Made by a program: the position numbers and the translations under genes. The notes under the pieces were generated by a model. That model saw only the letters and a program-made list of their open reading frames with translations, was not told the origin of the DNA and did not search any database. A stretch of 64,000 nucleotides of DNA. It comes from a virus. Shown here one piece after another: positions 55,049 to 64,000 of the stretch; within the stretch, counting starts at the first letter, position 1, and every line of letters starts with the position of its first letter. The stretch lies in IMG/VR virus record IMGVR_UViG_3300017987_000005, positions 41,157 to 105,156 of that record, one strand, 5' to 3'.

Positions 55049-55638
55049 TATTTACCAATCTTCACTTTATTAAATTCAACTTCATTCTCAGCAACAGGCA
55101 GATACCCCTGCCATACACAAGTAAATTTCGTATTACTTAAAAAATGCGCGGGCATAACATTCTTCGGCTCTTCAAATGCATCGGGATACTCCTTACACAG
55201 CGCCCACGCGCACAAGTAAGAACATATCGGTCGCTTCTTCGATACAAACGGATTTATTCCAGGAAATAACCAGCTATTCAGGCGATGCCAAATAGCTCCG
55301 AGAAAACTGTACGGAAGATTCGCGCGAGACGAACCAAAGAACCCGACCTTCGCTGAAGGTCTTCCGTCATAATCTTCTCCGTTATATTTCATAATCTTAA
55401 TATATCTTCCTGGATACTTCTTTATAATATTAATAAGCTTTGATTTCGGAAAAAGCGCACCGACAGTCCACGGCCCACCGCCACTAACTTCAATATGAGT
55501 ATAATCAGAATCAGTCTGGTCAAATCCGAGGTCACGCTGAACCTTGCGAATCTGATTGCAGAAAAAAGAATTGTCGCCCTTGTATACGACAAAATATCCT
55601 ATTCTTGGGATGTCTAGATTAAATTCTGGATAATCCAT
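55048..55638 (-). CDS. permuted papain-like amidase (YiiX/YaeF, NlpC/P60 superfamily)
   Basis: YTHIEV before PY.F and ICSYL (His-then-Cys order). Confidence 0.75.
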   Translation of the reverse strand: MDYPEFNLDIPRIGYFVVYKGDNSFFCNQIRKVQRDLGFDQTDSDYTHIEVSGGGPWTVGALFPKSKLINIIKKYPGRYIKIMKYNGEDYDGRPSAKVGFFGSSRANLPYSFLGAIWHRLNSWLFPGINPFVSKKRPICSYLCAWALCKEYPDAFEEPKNVMPAHFLSNTKFTCVWQGYLPVAENEVEFNKVKIGK

Positions 55639-55643
55639 TAACG

Positions 55644-56063
55644 TTAACCTTCAATACAAGAATAAAGTATATCGTGGTCAGCTTGTATGATGTCACCATT
55701 CGACAGTGCTATATCGGCTTGTAGCTTAGCTAAATCAATATTGTTGTTATCAAGGGCCGCAATGAACATAGCTCCATACTTATTCATAGCTGTAAACATC
55801 CTTGTTTGCTGTTCTCCAGGAGTGGCACTACTAAGAATATCTCTTATAATTTTATACCTATCCAGTCTTTTTACAGGGTCACCTTTATCGAAGGTCTCAG
55901 TGGTTTCATTCCAAAACCACTCCCTCTCATGGACCGATTCATCAAACATAAAATCAGTTGTAAGCATTTCTTCTGTTTCAGAATCAAACTGCCCATCATT
56001 TTCAAAATCTACGTTACCAAACCGCTTAACTTGATTCGTATCCTTATCTATTACTACGTTCAT
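55644..56063 (-). CDS. hypothetical, possible fibre assembly chaperone
   Basis: follows fibre gene; W.WNETTETF; start moved to ATG 56063. Confidence 0.5.
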   Translation of the reverse strand: MNVVIDKDTNQVKRFGNVDFENDGQFDSETEEMLTTDFMFDESVHEREWFWNETTETFDKGDPVKRLDRYKIIRDILSSATPGEQQTRMFTAMNKYGAMFIAALDNNNIDLAKLQADIALSNGDIIQADHDILYSCIEG

Positions 56064-56064
56064 T

Positions 56065-57939
56065 TTATAAATCCTCCCAGTAGCCTTGTACTCGGACTTC
56101 AGCATCATCTCCAGACGTCACATAATACTCAAATATCTGATTCTCATCTACGGGAATGAAAATATGACCCCCAATATCAACATAGGCGTACTCTCTGTCT
56201 GGAATTGCCGCTGTATTTCCATTTTCTCTGAAAGTGAATTGTGCGAAACTTGTTCCATCCATATTAAGGCGTACATACAGTAATCTGCTTGATGGGGGAG
56301 CTGAATCTGACGCATCGACATCTGTATAAGAAGTCGAGCTTCCTCCTGAAAGCACAAGAATATCATCATCCCATATCCAGTACCTTCTTGAACCTGAGCC
56401 TTCATACCTGCCAGGAAAGAAATCTGAACCAGAATCATTATAGATTGACCCTATCCTTCTTTTCTTCGTGTATCCCGAGGGTAAGGTCGGAGATGTAAAA
56501 GACTCTGAAAGAAGCCCTCGAACATTTCCGTTAGTCGGATTTTTTATTATCCACACAGCATACCATGTGCTGGATGACTCCGAACCCGTATCAAGTCCAT
56601 TAACACCGGACGCTGTTATATCTACTGTTATATCTGAATCTGAAACAATAAAATCTGTTCCATCATCTGAAACACATCTTCCAGCTCCAATATCTACCTG
56701 ATAATCGGGGTTGGAATCATTCATTGACATTAGGAGATTATGGATGAATCCCTTCATGGCCCCTGCTATAAAGCTGTAGTCTACTACAGGGTTTGCTTCA
56801 GTTAGAGAATTTGGGGCATTATCGAGTGCATCCTTTTCATCATCGGTTACATGTTTAATATCAGTCTCAGCATCTTTATTAGCTAAATCTGCATGATTCA
56901 ATGCTTGGAAATTAGCTGCGGTAGCTCCAGACGCTCTCAATACATCTCCTGCGGTTGCTCCTGAGATAGTATGGTCAGGTCCTAAAGCTGTCTCTGTAGC
57001 AAGAACATGAGATTGATTATGATGGTCATTCGCAGTCTGCCCAGTAGTAGATGCATGAGTAACAGTTACAGAAGCTTCTGTATGGTCATGCAATGAATCA
57101 GCATTGCTTCCATCAGTAAGTGTGTCGAGTTCCGCGCCAGTAGCTGACGTATCATTATGGCTTGCAATCGAGTGCAATTCGTTATGATGCGCATTAGCAT
57201 CACCAGCATGAGTAGATATAGATGAATCGACTTCCGAACCCGACTGGTAATCAGCATCATTATTAAGAAGGCTTACATTTTCCCCTTCTTTCATTATAGT
57301 AGAATCAGCAGGCTCGGCTCCAACATCGGCAGGGTCTAAGTTATGTGGATTTCCTGTCGTAGTCTGACTATGCGTATATGCTGTATCATAAGTACTGTGG
57401 TCATAAGTAGTCTCATGGGCGCCAACTTCATTAGCAGCTTCTCCGGCAGGGTCAAAATCCCCTACGTCATAACCACTATCCTTCGGGCGCCCGTTAGCAT
57501 CAAAAGATACAAGGTTATCTTCAGTCGCCCCTGACACCCCATTATGGTCAGAGCCGTCAATATCGTGAACTTGGTCATGTACGCGGTCAACTGCGTCTTT
57601 GACTTCAGCAGCAGTAGATGCATTGCCCACACCGTCGTCAACAGTAGCGGCACTATCAGGTATTCCATCATCGTTAGAGTCATACGTTTCTTTGTTCATC
57701 TGTGCTGGCGGGTCTGTTATGGGATTTCCGTACTTATCTTCAACAGTAATGTGTCCCGACCCTATAGCGTCCTGCACATCAGCAGATTCATATATCTCCT
57801 GCTCCGTAAATTCTTGCAGCAGGTCATAATCAACAGTAGGGTGGACGAAGCTCCTGGCTCCGAGGTCATCAAACACAACAGGACTCAGCGTTCCTGTAGT
57901 AGTTATTTTATACTGGTTATCAGGTGTAGGTGCAGGCAT
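56065..57939 (-). CDS. tail fibre protein with His-rich stem repeats
   Basis: H..xH repeats (HDQVHD, HNELHS, HNQSH); C-terminal GLDTGS..SSTWY..W...RRIGSI domain. Confidence 0.7.
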   Translation of the reverse strand: MPAPTPDNQYKITTTGTLSPVVFDDLGARSFVHPTVDYDLLQEFTEQEIYESADVQDAIGSGHITVEDKYGNPITDPPAQMNKETYDSNDDGIPDSAATVDDGVGNASTAAEVKDAVDRVHDQVHDIDGSDHNGVSGATEDNLVSFDANGRPKDSGYDVGDFDPAGEAANEVGAHETTYDHSTYDTAYTHSQTTTGNPHNLDPADVGAEPADSTIMKEGENVSLLNNDADYQSGSEVDSSISTHAGDANAHHNELHSIASHNDTSATGAELDTLTDGSNADSLHDHTEASVTVTHASTTGQTANDHHNQSHVLATETALGPDHTISGATAGDVLRASGATAANFQALNHADLANKDAETDIKHVTDDEKDALDNAPNSLTEANPVVDYSFIAGAMKGFIHNLLMSMNDSNPDYQVDIGAGRCVSDDGTDFIVSDSDITVDITASGVNGLDTGSESSSTWYAVWIIKNPTNGNVRGLLSESFTSPTLPSGYTKKRRIGSIYNDSGSDFFPGRYEGSGSRRYWIWDDDILVLSGGSSTSYTDVDASDSAPPSSRLLYVRLNMDGTSFAQFTFRENGNTAAIPDREYAYVDIGGHIFIPVDENQIFEYYVTSGDDAEVRVQGYWEDL

Positions 57940-58643
57940 TATGTCTTCCTCCTACGGAAATACAGCCCCACGGACGGACGTGGTATGCTGGTTCCGTTCA
58001 TATAAATTTCTATACGGTCTCCCGCATCAAAATCCGTATTCTTTGTGAAATCATAATTCGTATATTGATTAGCTATTGACAGCGAATCTTCAACAGCAGC
58101 TACTCCATTCTTACGTACTTCTCCTGTCCACGATACGGTGTTGCTGGTACACGACAAAGTCATCCCTACAAGTGTCGCATCAAAAGGAAGTACGTACGGA
58201 ATCAGGTTACTGGGACCCCTGTCGTAAAGACTTAAATATATGTCCGTGACGCTATTATTATTTCGAGCGCCGTTAACAAATACCTGATGAAGCGATAACC
58301 ACTTATCCCCCCTGGAATTATCCTTGTAATAAATGTCTCCGCCATCCTGAATATACGGCACGGCGATGAATATGTCATCAATAACAATAGACGTATGTCC
58401 GGATTTGGTAATTTCAATTTTAATGCGGTCAGCATCTTCATCTATATCAATCCAGAACTCATACTCGCCCTGGTCGTCCGTCAAAATTGTCGAAGGAGAC
58501 GCAGCACCTTCGGTAGCGTACTGATTGATAGGCGTCGAGGTCCCGGCTTGGTACGCACTTACCGTAGCCCCGTCAAATATAACAAGGGTATTATCAGTAC
58601 CTTCTTCGGTAGCAATACCGAATATCTTTTTCCTATTTGCCAT
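57939..58643 (-). CDS. structural protein sharing N-terminal domain with 59165..61834
   Basis: GA.V.AY.AGT.TP...YA......G.YEFW. Confidence 0.7.
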   Translation of the reverse strand: MANRKKIFGIATEEGTDNTLVIFDGATVSAYQAGTSTPINQYATEGAASPSTILTDDQGEYEFWIDIDEDADRIKIEITKSGHTSIVIDDIFIAVPYIQDGGDIYYKDNSRGDKWLSLHQVFVNGARNNNSVTDIYLSLYDRGPSNLIPYVLPFDATLVGMTLSCTSNTVSWTGEVRKNGVAAVEDSLSIANQYTNYDFTKNTDFDAGDRIEIYMNGTSIPRPSVGLYFRRRKT

Positions 58644-58704
58644 TAAAAATTCTCCTCAGTCAGATGCAGGGGTGGGGAATAACCCCCACCCCCACGAAAA
58701 CTGC

Positions 58705-59103
58705 TTAGCTAACGGTCACCTTGGGGGTGATTTTGACGCTATCGCCATCGCCCACATTGTACGGTCCGTCACTGAAATGCTCAACAGCTACCAACCTTCC
58801 GGTCGTGCCGCTCGCAGCATCAGTAATAAAATACCCATACTGGTTACCCCACGCTGCTCCCGCAGCAGTAAAAGTAACCTGCGCGTACTCAGCCGTATCG
58901 TCAGTGATAGTCCAGCTTCCACGGTCGAGCTGTATACGGGCGTACCCGTCACCGCTCTGCTCCGTAAGGTCGCTGAGCCCATCATCCTCAGCAGGCTCCG
59001 TTCCGTTTTCGTACAGTCCGATGTAGAGCGGGTCTACGGGGGACAGGGTTCCGAAAATGGTGTCAGCTACCATGTTTTCTCCATCATCGCACCACTTAGG
59101 CAT
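58705..59103 (-). CDS. conserved small tail protein
   Basis: LYIGLY...P....E.SG.GYAR...W.....FI.DAAS...G. Confidence 0.7.
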   Translation of the reverse strand: MPKWCDDGENMVADTIFGTLSPVDPLYIGLYENGTEPAEDDGLSDLTEQSGDGYARIQLDRGSWTITDDTAEYAQVTFTAAGAAWGNQYGYFITDAASGTTGRLVAVEHFSDGPYNVGDGDSVKITPKVTVS

Positions 59104-59164
59104 GTTCTATCTCCTTATGAAAAAAGTGGCGGTTACAAAATCGCGTTCCACTATAAAACGCTCA

Positions 59165-61834
59165 TCAAGAAGTGTTGTTCGCATTGATTTCAACACTTCC
59201 ACTAATACTTCCAGTTACGTGACATCCGTTCACAATCGTATCTGCTCCTGATGTAAGTACTCCAATATTTCCTTCTATCTGGCTCCCTGTTACTTGGCTC
59301 CTATTTGAAAGGGTTAATGAATTGCATATTATTCTACTTCCCGACACCTGGCAATCCAAGGCAGTCGTCGCATATATTTGAAAATCAGGCTGATGCCCGA
59401 CTAAAGTACATCCTCTGAACGATGCTGCTGAAAATTCGGCTCTGAGATTCAACGCAGTAAAAGTAAGCGGCCCGCCTGAACGGAAAAACTCATAAGCTAA
59501 ATTATTCAGGTGCACGTACGCTCCCGAATCGCTCAGACGTATCTTACTGTTATCGTCCATTATATCAAAACCGTTCGCATCGAAACGGATAATACAATCG
59601 GACATGTACACTTTTCCTCCGGCACCGCTATACTTTATGAATGTAAGCGTAGAAGCTCCTCCGATAACATCCCAATTACTATCATACAGCTTCGGTAGAA
59701 AAGTAACTCCGTTAATATTCCACGCTGAATTTCCTGTAGAACTGTATACTTGAATCAAATCCATCACAGTCTGTCCGGGGTCTATCGGCATTCTAATGAC
59801 TCCACCTTGGATACTGGCGTTATCATTAAGAATTATCATCGGATTCCCGGAACTATATGACATCGAAATATATACCTGTCCCGGATAGAATATAGATTCA
59901 CTCCCTAATGTAATGCTCGCTGTATTCAAAAGCGAACCATTAAGATGAAACTCACACGATGATGAAAAATTCATCACTCCGGCAGTTCCGTCCATATGCA
60001 TTACGCCATTACCGCCTACCGTCCAATTAGAACTGAGATTATATATCCCAGTAAGTACTGCTGCTGCTCCGACTACGTTCGTAATTCCAGAACCGGTAAA
60101 CTGACAGTTGGAAATATTAGCATAATTCCCAAAACTGACATTACTGCTCGGCATATAGCAGTCGCTCATAAACGTATACGTCGTCGCTAATATTGTCCCA
60201 AGAGACAGTCTCAGTCTGGTGAAGCGCGAAACAGTCCCGCCATCAAATATATAAGTCTTTTTCCCTAAAGCGTTCACGTACATGTCGTTGACGGCAAGCT
60301 TTCCTGTAGTCTTCATCCACGAACCAGTGTACGTCGTCCCGGTTATACTTATTTGAGTAGCTTCGCCATAACCTTCAATCGTTACATCGGCAGCTCCAAA
60401 ATCAAAATCATTCCCCGCCCCTTTAGTTGTAAATGAGTATGCTCCAGGCATGAATGTAATCTTCGCCTGACCGCTCCCGCCGATGTCAGTAATTATCGCG
60501 TCAAGTTCAGAATTACTATCTCCGGGATACATTACATACTGACTGACTCCGTCTACAGCGGCACTCAATTCCGACAAAATAGTATCAACATCGGAACCAG
60601 AAATATGATTATCAACTCCTCCGCTTACATTCGTATATGATACGTTGTCAGCAGACGGCGCACTTCCCATCAAGTCAGAAGCATGGTATCCGTCAAGCGT
60701 ATCGGCATCAAGGTATGAATGAGGCGAGCTTCCTTTCGGAACCAGCGAATTAAATCCACCGGTAACCTGATATGCATTGTTAAATTTCTTCCACCAGTTC
60801 GTAGAACCAGCATCGCGGCTGTTCCAAAAATGAGTGTGGACAGAATTAATCCAGAACACTCCCTTTCCATCGTCAGCATCGTCATCAATGACCATGTTAT
60901 ACCAGCCATCAAAAATGACTTTATTCAGGAATATCCCGTCAATATAATTTCCAGAAGGCATCACTTCAATAAACACGGGGTTAGTTATATTACTGCTGTT
61001 AACTTCAAAAATACAGTTGGTAAAATCAATAGATGACAGCCAATTATACGAAGACCCCATATACTGTCCGAACGAGAAAAATCCCCCTTCACCAGCTCCA
61101 TTATCAATGGAGATGTACATATTCTCGAACTTCCAGTCATAATCATCTATATTAGCTCCGGGCTGAATCCTGAAGAATCCCTGCTCCTGTGGGGCCATTG
61201 GTCCAACTGCGGTAAAATCGACATTAATTTTAATCCCGTATTCAAACCATACATATTTATCAGCAACATTAGTGATATACATGTACGCACTTGTCGTTAT
61301 ATGGTCAAACGTCAGGTCATTCGTTCCGATTACGGCAATAGTTCTCTTTGTGGCATCCTGCATCGCAGTAATGAAGTCACCTTCAGGGTCGGCATCGTTT
61401 TCCGTATCAATCACAGCATCCCACACAACTACTCCGCTGGCAGACATCGGTCCAGGACGATACTCTCCTTCAGTATCATTATAAATCAGAACCTCTCCGT
61501 CATTCGGTACAATCGTGCTGCTTACATCCTCGTGGTCTTTGATGCTTCCGTCATCGCCATGCCCAATATATACAAAATCCCGCTCAATCGGGTCAAACCC
61601 GAGCTTATCAATATATACTTTCAATGCTCCTTTGTATTCGACCCAAAACTCATAATACCCGTTGAGCAATGTCTGAAGTGAACCGATAGGTGAACCGCCC
61701 GTCTGATTTGCATACATATCAACAGGTGTCGTGGTTCCGGCTTCGTACGCATTGACATCAGCTCCAGCGAGCGTAGTCATTACGTTATTAGCCCCCTCAA
61801 ACCAAGCGGTTCCGAATACTTTAACTCGTGCCAT
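59165..61834 (-). CDS. tailspike/fibre with two beta-helix regions
   Basis: shares YTNVSGG.DNHI..VD..LSELS...ITFMPG.Y segment with 49445..52582. Confidence 0.75.
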   Translation of the reverse strand: MARVKVFGTAWFEGANNVMTTLAGADVNAYEAGTTTPVDMYANQTGGSPIGSLQTLLNGYYEFWVEYKGALKVYIDKLGFDPIERDFVYIGHGDDGSIKDHEDVSSTIVPNDGEVLIYNDTEGEYRPGPMSASGVVVWDAVIDTENDADPEGDFITAMQDATKRTIAVIGTNDLTFDHITTSAYMYITNVADKYVWFEYGIKINVDFTAVGPMAPQEQGFFRIQPGANIDDYDWKFENMYISIDNGAGEGGFFSFGQYMGSSYNWLSSIDFTNCIFEVNSSNITNPVFIEVMPSGNYIDGIFLNKVIFDGWYNMVIDDDADDGKGVFWINSVHTHFWNSRDAGSTNWWKKFNNAYQVTGGFNSLVPKGSSPHSYLDADTLDGYHASDLMGSAPSADNVSYTNVSGGVDNHISGSDVDTILSELSAAVDGVSQYVMYPGDSNSELDAIITDIGGSGQAKITFMPGAYSFTTKGAGNDFDFGAADVTIEGYGEATQISITGTTYTGSWMKTTGKLAVNDMYVNALGKKTYIFDGGTVSRFTRLRLSLGTILATTYTFMSDCYMPSSNVSFGNYANISNCQFTGSGITNVVGAAAVLTGIYNLSSNWTVGGNGVMHMDGTAGVMNFSSSCEFHLNGSLLNTASITLGSESIFYPGQVYISMSYSSGNPMIILNDNASIQGGVIRMPIDPGQTVMDLIQVYSSTGNSAWNINGVTFLPKLYDSNWDVIGGASTLTFIKYSGAGGKVYMSDCIIRFDANGFDIMDDNSKIRLSDSGAYVHLNNLAYEFFRSGGPLTFTALNLRAEFSAASFRGCTLVGHQPDFQIYATTALDCQVSGSRIICNSLTLSNRSQVTGSQIEGNIGVLTSGADTIVNGCHVTGSISGSVEINANNTS

Positions 61835-61863
61835 TATCTATCCTCACTTTGCAATCAATTGCA

Positions 61864-62703
61864 TTATGTCGTAGGAGCAAACTGAATATCAATAGTCAGC
61901 GGCTCCTCTCCTTCTATCTCTGCTGTAACAGTAGCGATAGTCGTTTCTGTAACTGACGTTAAATCTGTTTCGGCTACTCCATCAGTCATCGTAACCTGTA
62001 ACGAACTTAAGCTTCCCCTGGTTGTCTTAAATACGACTACTGTCGTATCATCATCTTTGGTATCTCCTGCGCGGTCTTTTGCAGTAACGGTAATTGTACA
62101 TGAGCTTGTCCCGTTCGCTGGAATATCTGGAATACCATCGTAAGGCTGGTATGAATCAATAGCATCTGTAGATATTTCAAATGTAGCCACAGCTAACCAC
62201 TCAGTTCTCGAAACTTCCCCAGCATATATCGGGCAATCATAATGAGCTTTCCCCATAGTCAATGTATAATCATCTGCTGTAAGATATTCTGGATTCTCGT
62301 CATCCATATTTATAGGGGTGTTCTCAAAAGCATTTCGAACAGCAGTCTCATCAATACGGGCAAAATCCCACTCAGTTTCTTCCCCCGTACCCCTGAGAAT
62401 AGTGTTAATGTCATCTGCCGGGAGCCATTTATCAGGAGGAGCTGAATCGAACACGACATTACATATCCCCGGAACCGCTCCTTCAGCAGATACGAATAAA
62501 CAATCTTTAACAGGGTTGCTCCATGTACAGTTGGTAAACAAAGCATATGAAAAATCAACATGCTCAATCATAGCATCGCCAGCAGTATTTTGGAAAACGC
62601 AATTAGTAAACGTTGACCCGCGCTCATCCCGATAAAACCCACCATCTGTCAAATCTGAAGTAAGGTCGTCAATTGTCAAAGTTACATCACTATAATTATT
62701 CAT
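61864..62703 (-). CDS. structural protein with Big-1-like Ig domain; paralogue of 45102..45887
   Basis: DIPANGTSSCTITVTAKD.AG...TRGSLS...DGVA...LTS...IDIQFAP. Confidence 0.7.
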   Translation of the reverse strand: MNNYSDVTLTIDDLTSDLTDGGFYRDERGSTFTNCVFQNTAGDAMIEHVDFSYALFTNCTWSNPVKDCLFVSAEGAVPGICNVVFDSAPPDKWLPADDINTILRGTGEETEWDFARIDETAVRNAFENTPINMDDENPEYLTADDYTLTMGKAHYDCPIYAGEVSRTEWLAVATFEISTDAIDSYQPYDGIPDIPANGTSSCTITVTAKDRAGDTKDDDTTVVVFKTTRGSLSSLQVTMTDGVAETDLTSVTETTIATVTAEIEGEEPLTIDIQFAPTT

Positions 62704-62714
62704 ATACTAATCCT

Positions 62715-64000
62715 CTATTGGGTCTCTATGGAGGACAGGGTCTCTGCGGCTCCGGCTGACATCCTCACATAAGAATTCTGCTTAACCACTGCCTGAGTAC
62801 CACCCCAATTCATTAGAATATCCGGGTAAAACCAACCCTCTACATCTCCACACTCGTACATCAACCATACATGCATTGGGAAAAAATAATAGTATGATGT
62901 GCTCAATGTACCTATCTGTGTGTGAAAAGTTACCGTGCCAGTGACTCCCGCAGTGCTATCGTTTCCAGAAGACCGCACCCATATATCTTGCCCGGTCAAA
63001 GCATTAAGCCCCCAACTCTTATAACCACCAACCGATGCTGTCGTCCTATAAGCTCCTGGGCCACCAAAATAATCACTGCCGACCGAAACATCAAGGTTAT
63101 GCTCCTCAGTAAACCCATAAATACCCCCAAAACTGTCTGTTTCCATGCTCGGAAAGTTAAACCTGAGCTGAATGATTCCTGTTGAGGTTCCCGGCCTACC
63201 TACTACGAGAATAAAATACTCTATAATATAGGTTACTCCGGCCTCTACCCTGACTCCCAACCGATTTCCCGTATTTCCTACCGACGTCCAAGAATTGTCA
63301 CTTAGACCAAAATCAGTGCGCAGGACATTCCCCCTGAATCTAAGCGGGCTCCATGAAATACTCCCAACACTCTCACTTGCATATGCAGATGAGCTCATCC
63401 TGAGATTATTGCGAAACCGGTCATAAGAAGGGCTATAATAATAAGGAGCTACATAAGTATCTGCATAAGAAGTAACTCCTCCCGTATCAACATAAAAAGT
63501 CCCATCACAAGTAACTTCACGCCACCTTACGGTATTATACAAATACATATTTCCTGTGACGTACACACGGCTACAGGAACCTTGCGGTCCCGGCTGATAA
63601 TAATCTCCGTCTACAAGTCCATGAGATACATCGCAAAATGTTCCCAGTTGGATTTCATACGTAAACTCACCAGAACCAGAAGACATATAAAAATCATGTA
63701 GACCGACCCACGTCGAACCGTAAATACGTCCACAGCTATTTACCATCTTTACTCCACGTGCAGACGCGTACGCACCAAGATTAAGAGTCGCTATATTACT
63801 GCATACGATATTAGATACTTGAGCACCTTGTCCCATCTGCACTTGATAAGAAGACGATATATTCAAAAACGTACAATTGCTAACATTAATCGGATATGAT
63901 ATCGAACTGCCAAAAATTGCTGAATTACAACTATCATTTCCATCTATCCTAATATTATCGTAAACCACGCCATAGCCTGACGGCGTTCCAAAACTGCATA
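62715..64000 (-). CDS. tail fibre/tailspike C-terminal part, partial (open to right edge)
   Basis: frame stays open upstream of GTG 63968 to position 64000; beta-helix-like S/G/Y-rich sequence. Confidence 0.7.
   Translation of the reverse strand, partial: CSFGTPSGYGVVYDNIRIDGNDSCNSAIFGSSISYPINVSNCTFLNISSSYQVQMGQGAQVSNIVCSNIATLNLGAYASARGVKMVNSCGRIYGSTWVGLHDFYMSSGSGEFTYEIQLGTFCDVSHGLVDGDYYQPGPQGSCSRVYVTGNMYLYNTVRWREVTCDGTFYVDTGGVTSYADTYVAPYYYSPSYDRFRNNLRMSSSAYASESVGSISWSPLRFRGNVLRTDFGLSDNSWTSVGNTGNRLGVRVEAGVTYIIEYFILVVGRPGTSTGIIQLRFNFPSMETDSFGGIYGFTEEHNLDVSVGSDYFGGPGAYRTTASVGGYKSWGLNALTGQDIWVRSSGNDSTAGVTGTVTFHTQIGTLSTSYYYFFPMHVWLMYECGDVEGWFYPDILMNWGGTQAVVKQNSYVRMSAGAAETLSSIETQ

Noticed and set aside
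58669-58692. GGGGTGGGG/CCCCACCCC hairpin as terminator (also 33172-33202)
   Set aside because: No U-tract follows on the coding strand; it may be a stabilising or processing hairpin, but this is unsupported.
175-63185. Plus-strand ORFs in the track (e.g. 14574..15395, 25629..26405, 39300..39974, 34428..34934)
   Set aside because: They are antisense shadows of well-supported minus-strand genes, lack SD or promoter support, and have no recognisable motifs.
1-64000. Alternative genetic code (TAG/TGA recoding)
   Set aside because: All three stops terminate genes directly before the next SD/start, and long genes are intact under the standard code.

Overview
This is a 64-kb segment of a large tailed dsDNA bacteriophage. 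Essentially all real genes are on the minus strand. In transcription order (64000 to 1) it contains: (i) a tail fibre/tailspike/baseplate block (45.1-64 kb) with several paralogous pairs; (ii) a small membrane/lysis-like block (43-45 kb), including a lipoprotein with a second TM segment and a receiver-like domain; (iii) a ~1.5-kb repeat-rich non-coding region (41.5-43 kb); (iv) a recombination operon (MerR-like HTH, RecA, Hjc-like nuclease, Cas4-like exonuclease, RuvC) and a CobS/CobT-like AAA+/vWA pair; (v) a ~650-nt structured ncRNA candidate (28.5-29.2 kb); (vi) about 60 small early-type genes driven by a battery of near-consensus sigma70 promoters (6.5-28.5 kb), including a minimal PolX; and (vii) an operon of 12 consecutive small proteins that all end in a W-[FY]-[ND]-N motif (1.3-5.75 kb). 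Sigma70 promoters, SD sites and lipoprotein signals point to a bacterial, probably diderm, host (inference). The most striking unexplained signals are the C-terminal WFNN tag on at least 17 otherwise dissimilar proteins, anti-leader (anti-SD) sequences in 3' UTR hairpins that match the RBS type of nearby genes, a TTGCAA-N4-TTGCAA palindrome family, and AATACACA arrays with ~38-41 bp spacing. No database searches were run; family assignments come from motif recognition only.
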